From the NCBI GenBank assembly GCA_963799845.1, contig CAWCYI010000003.1, forward strand, positions 1 to 64,000: a DNA stretch of 64,000 bases. The letters run 5' to 3'. A program made the position numbers and the translations under genes. Shown in pieces: positions 1 to 10,925 of this stretch; position 1 is the first letter of the stretch, and each line of letters opens with the position of its first letter. Origin of the DNA: an uncultured Nitrososphaerota archaeon. GTDB taxonomy: Archaea > Thermoproteota > Nitrososphaeria > Nitrososphaerales > CADDZS01. The notes beneath the pieces were generated by a model. The model had not been told where the DNA came from, made no database searches, and saw only the letters and a program-made list of their open reading frames with translations.

Positions 1-3
1 GTA

Positions 4-532
4 ATGAAATCGTTCAGGATGAGTCCTAACCTCGCGGCTCAACTGTCGAAGGCTGCGAGAAAATTAGGAATTAGCGAAACCGATTATATCTCTGAAGCTT
101 CTCTTGAAATCAATGACCTTGGAACCGATGTATCGAAGGTTCGGTGGAATCGGTATGAGCAAATCACTTTTTCAAAGAATAATCAACCAGTTAGATGAAT
201 CAACATTAGAGATTATTGCATCCGAAATAGTGACTAGGAACAACGCGCCCTATGCGTTTGAATTGTTGGAGTCTGGAATTGAACCAAACATCTAATACTC
301 GGTTTTGCGAGAGGTTCTTCAGAATTTGGAATGGTTCACGTTCGAAGAATTAGAACATGAATCGATCATAGAACTGAAACTATTCCATTCCTTCGACGAA
401 AAATGGTCTTTATTCCTCAAATCTTGTTTGACTAGTCTGTTTCGATTAGTCCACGCAGAGCCTGAAATTACTACTTCAGAAAGATTGGTAAGAGTAATGT
501 TGAGAAAAAAATCTGTATTTGATTTCAGATAG
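4..532 (+). pseudogene. RHH-domain protein of a thaumarchaeal-type family, split into 3 ORFs
   Basis: ORFs 4-198, 104-295 and 305-532 join into one protein: N-terminal RHH-like KSFRMSPNLAAQLSKAARKLGISETDYI and C-terminal HSFDEKWSLFL; one frameshift plus a stop. Confidence 0.55.
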
Positions 533-587
533 CGCCTGGACCATCTGGAATCGTCAAAGGTTTAATCGCGGCTCTATCCCGTTAGAA

Positions 588-1170
588 TTAACTGGGACCG
601 ACTAGGAAGTTCTGAGTATTCTGAATTGTATTGACCAGGCTGTTTACCATTGATTTCTTGTTTATGAAGGAGGGACTCAGTTTGGTATAATACTGTAGAA
701 TCGTTGCTGGCAATGTCTCCCGTGCTCTCGATTACTATGCTGATTGGGATGTTTGCTCACGAAAGTTGAGCGTACGATGTGTGCCTGACATAATGCCAAG
801 ATTTTGATTTCTTTAGAATGTCTGTGGTCCGGCGTTGGATTATTCTTTCAACAGTCTTTGAGGGCATATCGAAGAATTTCGGGCTCTTCGTGTCCTCTGG
901 CACATTCCAGTATCTTTTGAGACAGTTCAGGACTGTTTCGGGCACGCAGATCTTGCGATACCTTCCTTTCTTTTGGTCCCAGACATTCGCAAAGCCCTCG
1001 CCATCTGATCGAACTATAATCAAAGCATAGCTGTCCAACTGGTACACGAGAGTAAAGCCGAACAAAGAGAAAAGTGTAATCTTTGAGGTTACCGATCTGT
1101 TTTTGAGTAGAAATTCAACTTCTTGTTTTGAAAGTGGGATCGTTCGGGCTTTCTTTAAAGGAGGGCGAGG
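588..1170 (-). pseudogene. Tyrosine recombinase/integrase remnant
   Basis: ORF 757-1065 carries HYVRHT (H-x-x-R); a shifted frame downstream reads TILQYYTKLSP (catalytic Tyr region); multiple disruptions; ends approximate. Confidence 0.6.
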
Positions 1171-1478
1171 CTTGCGGTCGAACCGAAGGAGCTGCTATCC
1201 GTGTGACGCGGATTTTACTCGAGCTCCATACAGTCAGAGCCTCGTGACCAGGATAATAAAATTATTCATGATGCTCATTTCTAGTCACGGACGGTACAAA
1301 AATTTCACCCGCGGGGCCTCCAGACAAGAATTGATTCCCGCGATTGATTTCGATATTCCTTGAGTCCGTCTTCGTGTTGTTGGTTCACTAAAGAGACTAA
1401 CAAATCGGGATTGAATCTTCTATGGAAGAGAAATCGTAGATTGTAACGGCTGCACAGGTTACAGTTCCTGGAATGATT

Positions 1479-2418
1479 TCACCCGTCCTGCACCCATATC
1501 GAATTACTGTTTCGGGAATCATACTCAGCGCAGTCAACTCTGAAATGTTGACGGTCCCCAAGACTTCGACAGTTCGGGTACCAGAAGAATTTCCGGCTGA
1601 GACTAATCAGTTGTACATCAGAATAATTGGATAGGAAAGCGAAATTTGAGAGCAACATGAACGAACCATTTTGCGATATTTCAGCAGCCGGATATTGAGT
1701 ATCATTTAGCAATAAGTCTCCATTAGAATCAAACAACAATGAGCCATAATCCTCTCCAACTAGGAGTTGGGAGCCATCACTGCTCATTACGACCGGCTTA
1801 TTGTCGCCGAACGTATCATGTTGCCAAAGTAATGTTCCGTTTCCATTAAAGTAATAGATTATCCCTTTGTTGGAGGCATCAGAAGTTGCAGCCGCAACGT
1901 AAGAACCATTGTTTGCAATCCCGACAAAACTGATCTCTGATCGGATCGGTAACTGTGTAATTCCATAGTAACTGCCCATGTGGACCGAAATAATCGAGTT
2001 TTGAATTGATATCGGTAGCATTCGCATTTTCAGAAGTGAATCCGACGATCAAATTTGTTCCATCATCCGACGTTTTCAATCCAACCACTTGTCCAGGAAT
2101 GGAGAAGTTTTTCATCACGTTCCCAGAATCCGACACGTACAAAACTGTTTGTTGGTAACCCACAACAACAATTGAACCATTTGTTGATAGCGCTGTGCCA
2201 GCAACGGACTGAGGATTGTTGAGATCCCAAATCAATTTGCCTTGTCTGTCCAAGAAATAGACAACACTTCCTTCGCTATTCGACCCAACCACTTTGTAGC
2301 AGGTTACTGAGACTGTACGAGCCATTGTCTGAAATAGTCGCAGAAGAGATCGGACCTTCTGTATCGAAACTCCACAAGACTTTTGTCTGATACAGCGACA
2401 CAAAGTAAATAGTCCCAT
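1479..2418 (-). pseudogene. Secreted beta-propeller (PQQ/WD40-like) protein, frameshifted
   Basis: Repeated YF-D/N-x-x-G-x-L-L-W and S-x-D-G blade motifs across overlapping ORFs 1879-2418 and 1479-2027. Confidence 0.65.
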
Positions 2419-2520
2419 TCAGCTGATTCAGACTAGTCCCGGCCCGCTACCAAGTAAGCCCCATCCGGACTTACGGCAAGCGAGTTCAGTTGTTGATTTT
2501 GAAACTGACTCGCGTTACTT

Positions 2521-3130
2521 TCACTCGAAAAAAGTGGAGCTTATGAAGTCCCACATCTCGCTTGAAATAAGCCATTCAGTTCCAGTAAAAGAATACACGA
2601 TCTGAGCATGGACGGTTGCATTAATTGAGAATACATTCTTGTTATCTTCAACTAAATACAGTGTTGCATTTACACAGGCCTTAGTGTTTTCTCTATTCTG
2701 GTTTTCCGAATATGTCGAATTCGCTAACGAGAGTGAAATTGCGTCGTCGAGAAACCCGGACCAAAGAATGCTAATATTTGCAATATTCTTGTACGTAGTT
2801 CCGAATCTTCCTTCTGTATTCCCTATCCAATTAACGGTGGAATTTTCTTCGTAGTCGTTCAATAATAGGGCGACATCGAGAGATTTCAACTCTCGAAGAT
2901 GGCTCGCGAAACTGTTGGAAACTAATTGCGAGTAGAAATCTGAAGATACAAGATCCGAATTCACTGTGATTGTAGTTGTAGACAATTCAATTTGGGTCTG
3001 GTGATTAGTAACTGTCTGTGTCGTCGGATATCTAGTAGAATTCTGTTTATATAGCAGCACCCCTTCAGAAGTAGCAAGTATTAGGAATATTACCGCTACA
3101 ACTGCAATTACTATCGTTATTCTATTCGTT
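2521..3130 (-). CDS. Membrane-anchored/secreted protein, possible NTF2/SnoaL-like fold
   Basis: Hydrophobic anchor ITIVIAVVAVIFLILA in frame upstream of the listed ORF, Thr-rich linker, C-terminal WLISSEMWDF; start uncertain. Confidence 0.5.
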
Positions 3131-3468
3131 CTTCACATCCGCCTTGAATATTACACGAATTGAATATGGAGTTTGCATTATTTTAGTTTACATTTGAATT
3201 GCATATCCGATAACCAAATCCAGGCGAACTCGACTTCCCTCAGAACAAGATGGTCGATGGATGGCGTTGAATACAACCTCATATTATCTGGTCATTATTC
3301 CATGATTATGCACAACCAATAATTCTGCAGTTTAGAAGCCAACTGAAACAGAAAGCCGCGCCGCTTTCTTGTATTCGAGATTTGCTTCAACCCAAGCATT
3401 CGATTTGACAGAGGCTCGTCCTTACTTGAATCTGAAAAAATACTAACCCTTTCAAGCATTCTCTCATA

Positions 3469-4716
3469 TCACATATCTAGGTTCCGGAACTGCTTGTAAA
3501 TGTAGTGTTGAAAGTACCCGTAAGCTGTACTGCCGCTATTCAAGACCCATGGATTAATCGCAGTATCACTTGCACTATTGTACATGTAAGACGAGAATCC
3601 ATAGCCGCTATTATATTCTGGATATGCTCCAAATGAAGAACCGGAGCTCCCCATCGCCATGTCGTAAAACGTAACTGCAGAGAACTTGGCCAAGTGAAAA
3701 CCTGAGCTAGCACCTGTTTGCAGTCGCTCCAGGAAATAATCGGCATAATACTCTTTGCCATATTTTTCATTGGTGTGACTAAAAGTAACGACAGATTCGC
3801 AAATCTTTGATTGAGTTTCATCAGTCAGAAGTGTATAATATTTATCGCCAGAGGTTCCATTAATTTCTAATTGACTTCCGACTACACCTGACATCTCGTC
3901 GCCTGCCGCTGGGGTAAACTTTGATCCACAGTTTGCCAGGGTCAAAGTGTTATTGTCTATTGTCCCGCCAGAAGTTCCCGCGAGATAAGCATACCACGCA
4001 TCATACGTGATCCAACACGAAGAAGCACAATTCTGAATATAACCTTCAGTACCAGTCTGTATAACCTCCCCATTTCCATCTATCCGGTTCCACCCATCAT
4101 AAGTCGTATTTTGAAGTCCCACCCATACTGCTTCCTCGCACGCCGTGCCCGCGGAATATGTACCACATGTTTGTCCAGTCTGTGTGTAGATTGTGGGAAC
4201 AAACCAATACGCTTGAGAATAGTCAACCTGGGTAGAATGAGCGGAGTTGTCTGCGACACCGTAACCTGAGTAGCTTACAGACTGATTTCGGCCGGAATAC
4301 AAGTTGGCAATGAATTGCGCGTTGATGGTTGTGTTATAAATTTCATTCGCGCTTGGTGTTTCAGAAAAAGTCAAAGTGTATCTAGAATTATTTTGACTTA
4401 GGAGAAGGTAGTTGACACCGAAACCTTTCAAAGCAACCGAGCAGTTCGAATTGCTGAACGTCCACAAATAACTGATTCCCAAAAATGAAGCATTGTAACC
4501 AGCTACTACTTGTTCATATTGAGTTGAGGTTTGAGTAAAATTTCTCAAGGTTTGTGTATTAACTGAGATTCCAGTATCCAGTATTTGTCTATCTAATACT
4601 TGGTTAGTGCAGCTGATAGTTTGCGCGTTCGAGCTCGCTAATGGAACAACCGCAAGCGAAAAAACAAAAACCGAAACGACGAACACCATCTCCAAGGAAA
4701 TCTTGACATTTTTCAT
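3469..4716 (-). CDS. Secreted glutamic peptidase, family G1 (eqolisin/peptidase A4-like)
   Basis: Signal peptide; motifs YSGY, AVWVGL, IQTGTE (catalytic Gln), YDAWY, AGD, YFLER (catalytic Glu). Confidence 0.75.
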   Translation of the reverse strand: MKNVKISLEMVFVVSVFVFSLAVVPLASSNAQTISCTNQVLDRQILDTGISVNTQTLRNFTQTSTQYEQVVAGYNASFLGISYLWTFSNSNCSVALKGFGVNYLLLSQNNSRYTLTFSETPSANEIYNTTINAQFIANLYSGRNQSVSYSGYGVADNSAHSTQVDYSQAYWFVPTIYTQTGQTCGTYSAGTACEEAVWVGLQNTTYDGWNRIDGNGEVIQTGTEGYIQNCASSCWITYDAWYAYLAGTSGGTIDNNTLTLANCGSKFTPAAGDEMSGVVGSQLEINGTSGDKYYTLLTDETQSKICESVVTFSHTNEKYGKEYYADYFLERLQTGASSGFHLAKFSAVTFYDMAMGSSGSSFGAYPEYNSGYGFSSYMYNSASDTAINPWVLNSGSTAYGYFQHYIYKQFRNLDM

Positions 4717-4921
4717 ATCAATGACCGTCCCCTCTTCAGTTTGTTATCCAGGTTATAACTCCTGGGAATACAAAGTTACACAATGTAATACTGTGACTAT
4801 CTCTTAACAATTGTCGCCTTCTGATTATGTCCTCAGCCAAGTGACCCGATAGAGTCCTACAAAATGGATATGGAGAAAATGAGGAAGAGAGGGAAAACAT
4901 TTTGGACAGAATTCTAGACCT

Positions 4922-5493
4922 TTGAGCCAGAATCCTGAACGCACTAAAATCTATCGCGACTCGAACATACTCGCTTTCTGGGTCACGGCGCTTGCCGATC
5001 CCTCACGAAAGTTCCCGAGACGGGTTGAGGATGCAAGGCGTTTTTTGCTTGCGTTCCAGGATGGCAAATTAGATCTTGCTCTAGTTGTATCAGAATGGTG
5101 CTTGGAGGAGTTGATACAGTCCTACATTGACAAGGCGTTGTGGGCGAAGTTTCCGTTTGAAGCCCCTGAATTCAGAGAATTACGGGCAATGAGAGATTTG
5201 GGTCTGACCCAGAAAGAGATTCAGGATATCACGGCTGGCGTACAGAGATTTGAAAAGCTCCTTGAAGATTTGAAGGTCCAATTTGTTCCTAACGTGCACG
5301 ATCACAAAAGGCTCCATGAGTTGGTATCGAAACACATGCTTCAAAGCCCGGATGCGCTTCACGTCCTAACAGCAAGGATGGCGGTGTCAAGTACATCCTT
5401 ACACTTGATTCTGAATTCATCAAGGCCAAGGTGAGTGACGTTCAAGTAATAAAACATTTTTCGCGACTACGGCTTTTGAAGCCAATACGCTAG
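4922..5493 (+). CDS. PIN-domain (VapC-like) ribonuclease, frameshift near 3' end
   Basis: IYRDSNIL, LEEL, SPDALHVLTA; the alternative frame continues KYILTLDSEF, the terminal PIN T-x-D motif. Confidence 0.7.
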
Positions 5494-5723
5494 TTTTCTG
5501 ACGACTAAAGTCGTCTTAGGATTCTAGACTTGGAAAGGATTTCTGGACAAGCGGAGTCGTACAATCGTTGAATAGTCGCTTATTTGATAAACCGTGGAAC
5601 AGCTGCTCTGGAGTTGCTCTAAATTTTAACGATTTTGGGGGGGCCATTCTAAACGAAAGGCGTTCCCTTTCTGTTGACAGGAATCATACTTGTGGGAACT
5701 ACATCGGTTCAATATCTGAATCT

Positions 5724-7204
5724 TCAAGCAAACTTCCCTTCCTCAATTCTTTTCAGCTTCTCCAGGAAGGCAGGATCTTTCAGCCAGGTGAGCTCCTTCA
5801 GGAATGCATAATCCTTCTGCTGCTCTCTCATTTCCGCCAGATCCTTATCGACTTGAGTCTGGTTCTTGAGCTTCGACTCCAGCTCCTGTATTTTCTTCTC
5901 CATCGAGTGCGAGACCCTTTCCTCATTGCAAATCAGGGCCTCGACCTTCAAGTATTGATCGCGGAAGTGTTCCGGCGAGGTCCACGGTGTCTTGTCGTAA
6001 CCTTCATCGTCGATGTTGTGCCCTATGAAGAAATCCGCGACCGGCCCATCGACGCCAGCTACTCTCGCACTCGTCTTGAATGTGTCCCGGAACTCGTGCG
6101 CGTGTATGCGATAAATCCTCGTCCCGGGCACATGTTCCTGGACGCCCGAGCGAAAAGAAGATTCCCTGACGGTCTTGTTGACGTTCTTTTCCGTAACCGG
6201 AGTCCTGATGTTCGTGATGAAAATCGGATCAGAAATCAGCCTTCCATTTACCGTCCTCACCTTTATGTCTGAGAGCATGATCTGCTTTCTGACCGGTATC
6301 CAGCGTTGCAGGCACTTGAGGGCCTTCGCCGGAAGGAAGTTGAAGTAGTCGGTACTGCGTTTTGGAACGTGTCATGTCTATCCTTACGGGAGCTCTGGAA
6401 AGATCCCAGAACTCTGGGTCCGAGCCGCCGAGTTGCTTTAGGATCTGTGGCCACGCGTAGTAGTTGAAGCACTCCACAAAAGTACCTCTCGTCCAAGCCG
6501 AGCGTCGTGCATATCGCCATGATCGCCTTGTCTCTTATGGGCGTCCTCCCGTCCTCGATGATTGTCCAGTACTCCGCCGGTCTTACAAAGCTCGACGCCC
6601 TGGCGGTGCCCGAGTTGTCTATCATCTCGCGGTTGAAGATGACCTTCTCGGAGGGGAGCTCGCAGCGGTTCTTCGCGTACAGAGATCTGACCGCGACGAC
6701 TATCGCGTCTTTGTAGCCCCTGGACCCCTTGAACGAATTCACGTAGCTCGTCAGGAGGTCGAGGTGGCGGAAGCGTCTCTCCTCCTGGTCTCCGCCCTTC
6801 CTCTTCACGTCCTCGATGAGAGGGGTCGCGTCGGGAAAGTAGCCGTTGTCTCGAAGCCAGCAGATGTAATTCCAGTTCCTTCTCAGGCGGTGGCCGCGAG
6901 TTTTCTTGGAGGCGGTCTTTGAGATCATCACCTGGACGTACAGGTTTTTTTCGAATTCGTCCAGCCCTTCCGTCCGGTGAAAAGTCTCCCTCCTGTAATC
7001 GAGGGCTCCGGTGAACTTTCTGATCTCGAATAGGTAGCTGCCGATGTAAGAGGGCTTGCGCCCTAAAGCCTCTGCCACCTCGTTTGTGGTGAGCTCCTTC
7101 CTTCCGCTGTAGCCGCTTTTCAGTACGTCCATTATCTTTTCGTAGATCGTCGCGTTCTGCCAAAAACGGCCAACCTTTCCCTCGGGTCTTTCAAGTTCCT
7201 TCAC
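5724..7204 (-). pseudogene. Tyrosine integrase with N-terminal wHTH and C-terminal coiled coil (2 frameshifts)
   Basis: ORFs 6263-7204, 6229-6477 and 5724-6278; motifs IRDKAIMAIC, HAHEFRDTFKT, FFIGH, GYDK; starts just downstream of the tRNA-Lys 3' end. Confidence 0.8.
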
Positions 7205-7290
7205 AAAGTACCAGCGGTTTCGTTGCAGCGTGTTAAGTCGACCAGGAACGAGTCATGCTTGCGGGCCTTTTTATGTGTAAGAGTCGTAGG

Positions 7291-7413
7291 CGGGCCTGGT
7301 GGGATTTGAACCCACGACCTAAGGATGTCTCCGTTTGCTTCCTTGCCTAAGAGTCCTCCGCTCTGCCTGGCAACTCTCGCAGTCGATTTGAAGGCGATCT
7401 GAGCCACAGGCCC
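7291..7413 (-). tRNA. tRNA-Lys(CTT) with two introns (position 15/16 at 7371-7398; position 37/38 at 7327-7347)
   Basis: Spliced form GGGCCTGTGGCTCAG/CCAGGCAGAGCGGAGGACTCTTA/ATCCTTAGGTCGTGGGTTCAAATCCCACCAGGCCCG folds as a cloverleaf; BHB-type motifs at both introns. Confidence 0.93.
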
Positions 7414-7592
7414 AATGTTATTTGGAAACGTCGTTTTGATTATCGTAAAAAGTCTTTCATCAAACGCCTATTTTGTTGCCAAACTTCTTCCTAATCCCAG
7501 AGGGCGCACAAAGAGTATCAATTTAGTGAAGACATTAATGAAGCCGGAAAATTTGGGCAAGATTAATCAGATTCCGAAATGAAGGTATTGCA

Positions 7593-7658
7593 GCTGGTGT
7601 GCGTGGCTACGACGGGCGATCTGAATTTTCGACATGATGAACAAAATCGCACACCAGC
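7593..7658 (+). ncRNA. Candidate K-loop (box C'/D'-containing) small RNA
   Basis: 11-bp terminal stem GCTGGTGTGCG/CGCACACCAGC enclosing CTGA (7621) and ATGATGA (7634); ATTAAT about 28 nt upstream. Confidence 0.4.
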
Positions 7659-7872
7659 GACTCTTTGAAATCTTAGCGCTAAAGCAAAGCCACGTTTGAA
7701 TTCCTCAGAGCATACAGCTTTGCCTAGTTCGTCAAACCCTTCGGATGGAAAAAGCTAACAAACTGAAACACGAAATTTCTCGATTCGAATTCTCGATTAA
7801 TGTGAAATCTGTATGGCTAAACTTCCTTTAATAATCCGAATTTTTGAATGGTTTTCCAGTCTGTGCTGACAG

Positions 7873-7963
7873 GGGCCGGTAGTTCAGCGGTAGCAACGCC
7901 CGCCTTGCAATCGAGTTCCGACTAGATCGCGGGAGGTCCTGGGTTCAAATCCCAGCCGGTCCA
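7873..7963 (+). tRNA. tRNA-Ala(TGC) with canonical intron 7910-7927
   Basis: GGGCCGG/CCGGTCC acceptor stem with G3:U70, anticodon TGC at 7906-7908, T-loop GTTCAAATC. Confidence 0.95.
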
Positions 7964-7989
7964 CTTCTACCTAGAATCATAGCATAGTT

Positions 7990-8580
7990 CCAACTCTTAA
8001 GGAAGGGGTGTCCAAATTTGCGACCCTTTGAAGGCGAGACCTTGTGCCTCTTTCGCAACGCCATCGAATCCGACCAGACACGCGAATACTACGAACGATT
8101 TCTAGCTCGCTTTCTTGACTTGGGAAATAAACGGCCTCGGATCCCTTCATCACAAGGTCTCTAGAAGACCCCAAATGGTGTGAGGACGAAATAATCCGGT
8201 ACATCAACTATCAGCGAGACCGTTCAAGTGACAAGAAAATCGTAGAGGATAGCATCAAAAATTACACCAAACCTATCCGTCTCTTGTTGGAAATGCATGA
8301 TATCACTGTGAACTGGAAATGGATCAACCGGCTAATTCCGGCTTCAAGATCTAAATCCGAAGACTGAGCACCCACTCTTGAAGAAATTAAGGAACTCTGC
8401 GCTTATCCAGTCAGGCGAATCAAACCCATTGTCATATCTATGCTCTCCGGTGGCTTTCGCGAGGGCGCGCGGAATTATATAACGTGGGTAGATATCATTC
8501 CAATTCTGCCTGAAGGGTGAAATTATAGCGGCGTCTGTTCTCGTTTGCGCTCTTGAACCTGACGGGGACATCAAATAACA
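7990..8580 (+). pseudogene. Thaumarchaeal-type tyrosine integrase remnant
   Basis: Manual translation: LFRNAIESDQTREYY...SIKNYTKPIRLLLEMHDITVNWKWI...SED*APTLEEIKELCAYPVRRIKPIVISMLSGGFREGA; TGA at 8365; C-terminal half missing. Confidence 0.8.
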
Positions 8581-8878
8581 TTTGCCTGCCCCGCTCGCAC
8601 AATCTACCCGGAACCGCGCATGAACTTAGTTTCTTGCTAGCTTCACAAATCCAACATATGCTAGTAGCGTGACGAACCCGGTGCCATTTTGTGATCAGAC
8701 TGTGGGTGGTTGTGAAATTACGATAGGACATGCTCATGGAGGAAAAGAATCTGCGACGGAATGATGCTTGACGCGTCTTCACGGTCTGATCATGCTTCCA
8801 ATCGGTCTGCCTCATGCAAATCAATCTCAATTCCAAGTGCGCGAATTTTCAGAAAATAAGATCGAAAATTTTGAAAAT

Positions 8879-8970
8879 TCCGACCAATTCGACCGATTCA
8901 CCCAAATCTTCGAACAAATCATATCATAGTTCGACCGATTTGTCCACAAGTTCGACCGATCCGACCGAAA
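8879..8970 (+). repeat. Iteron-like array with 21-bp period
   Basis: TTCGACCGAT or a variant at 8888, 8909 (TTCGAACAAAT), 8930 and 8951; extra CGACC half-sites at the edges; AT-rich tract 8845-8880. Confidence 0.75.
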
Positions 8971-9206
8971 CCTGTTAATAGCCAGGAATCGTCCAACCTC
9001 GTGGTTTCATGCCTCCTCCGCTTCCCTTTGCCATTACCAAAGCGATCGTGAAGAATCGCTTTCTTGGCCTGGGGCGCAACGAGAACTATCGTAACGTGCG
9101 GAGATTTCGGAGGAGCCTGAGCTCTAGCAGTATAAACACAACAATGGCGGAATTTTATTGTAAAGTCAAGATCTAAGGTCTGGAAAAAACAGCGGAGGAG
9201 TACGAC

Positions 9207-10925
9207 GTGAGTCAAGAGGTGAGGACTCTAGAACAGATAGCGGTATTTTCGCGGGATAACAACATGGAACTAACTTCCATGCTTGAGGGCGGAAGGTTAT
9301 CCAAGAATCTAAAGAGACAGGGAATCGACATAACCGAGCTGGACGGGTTTATAACTAACGTCTTCAAAAGGGCAAAGACAAAGAACCTCACCTTCTCGGA
9401 AGTAATTGAACAAGGTGAGCAGTGAACTAGCCTGGAGCGTGACTATGGAGATTTTTCCGCTATCCGTACGGAGTGGGAAAGCTTGGGGAAGGCTATTCCC
9501 GGAACGCGAGCGAAACTCGTTTCCATTAATCGCGAAATTACTATAGCAAATAGGAATCGCAAAAACTTACTTTCGAAAAACGCCGTTGACGAGAACACCC
9601 TCAAAGAGTACGCGACGAACAAACAGGCACTCTTTGAGCTAGGTCTCGACATTTCCGACTTGAGCAAGCTTGCCAACTTTCTCACGAACGTAAAGAAAGA
9701 AGGTTTTGATCCAAGGGCGGTAATCACAAAATTCAATGCAATCGATAGCCTTGAAGGTAGAGAACGTGATCTGAAGGGTATAATCAAGAAAGCGGAAGAT
9801 GACAATACGGATTTTTAGGGGAAGATAACAAAGGCTCAAAAATTCCTGCGGAAGGAAAATCTGGCCGTCCAAGAAGTCCAGCAACTGAAGGAAAACGGCG
9901 TGGAGGTGCCGCAGGTCCAAGACCTCAGGAGCCTCGTTGCAACAATCGGTTCCACGCACGGGCAGCCTCCTGGAAAAGCCTGGCAGTGGTTTGTAGAAGA
10001 CGTAAAGAAAAATTACGACACGAGACTCGGTCTAGAACCCGAAGTTGTCTCGCTCGAAACAAGAAAAAAACAACTAACCGAGGGAAATGCTTCGCTTGAG
10101 AGAACTCTCGGGGAACGATCGAAACAGATCCATGACGAAATCGAAACTCTAAACGGAGCATAAGCGTCGCAGAAAGAGGAGATCAAAGCCTACAAAGATC
10201 TTCGAGAATTGGGAATCAATGGGGAGGAGCTGCTCGATTGGAAGGAAATCATTGATAAAGCAAAACTAAATCCGGTCATCATCAAAAGTGAGCTCAAAGA
10301 AACGGCCAGTCTGAAACGAGCGAAAGATAATCTCCAGGTCGAAGTGGATGGTACCCAAAATAAACTCGATGTGCTGAATCGGTACGTCCTCGATTTGGAA
10401 TCAAAACGCGATCAACTCGGGGATGCGATCAAAGAAGTGACCATGAAAGGAATCGAACAAATCAACTCTGTGGCTACTCAGGCAATTACCTCCCTCGGAA
10501 CATTGTCTACGGAGGCGGGGAAGATTGCGACAGCGACAGTCGGAAGCATTGCTAAGATTCCTTCTGCAACGGAGGAGGCAGTCAGGGCGGGACTTTCAAA
10601 AGCTACGGACGACGCAAAAGCGACCACTGATAATTTTGTAGTGGAACTCAAGAATCTTCTGGAAAAGGCGCGTCCGGATATTCAGGCGACCAGACGGGCA
10701 CTCGAAGTCGGAGAGACCATTGAGAAATATGAGTCATTACTTCCCCTTTACGAGCTTTACGGAGAAGGAAGGAGGGTTGATTATCGTAAGGTGCTCCCTA
10801 TCCTGAGGGAGATTCTCGTTCGATTCGCGAAGCTGACCGATGTAAAGAAGTGGCCCCAGGATTCCATGGCGGCGCTCTCGAATCTGATTAACATACTGGA
10901 AGGGCAAGTGTATAAAGTTGAGTAG
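9207..10925 (+). pseudogene. Long coiled-coil protein of the element, broken into 4 ORFs
   Basis: Co-oriented ORFs 9207-9425, 9483-9818, 9900-10163 and 10209-10925 with heptad-rich E/K/L composition, separated by stops or frameshifts. Confidence 0.6.

Noticed and set aside
5568-7163. Long alternative ORFs 5568-6272(+), 6438-7163(-) and 6464-6922(+)
   Set aside because: Shadow frames of the GC-rich integrase gene, with no motifs
8365-8367. In-frame TGA as selenocysteine or readthrough
   Set aside because: It sits at an Arg position (D-R-A-P-T) in an otherwise decayed integrase, so a simple nonsense mutation
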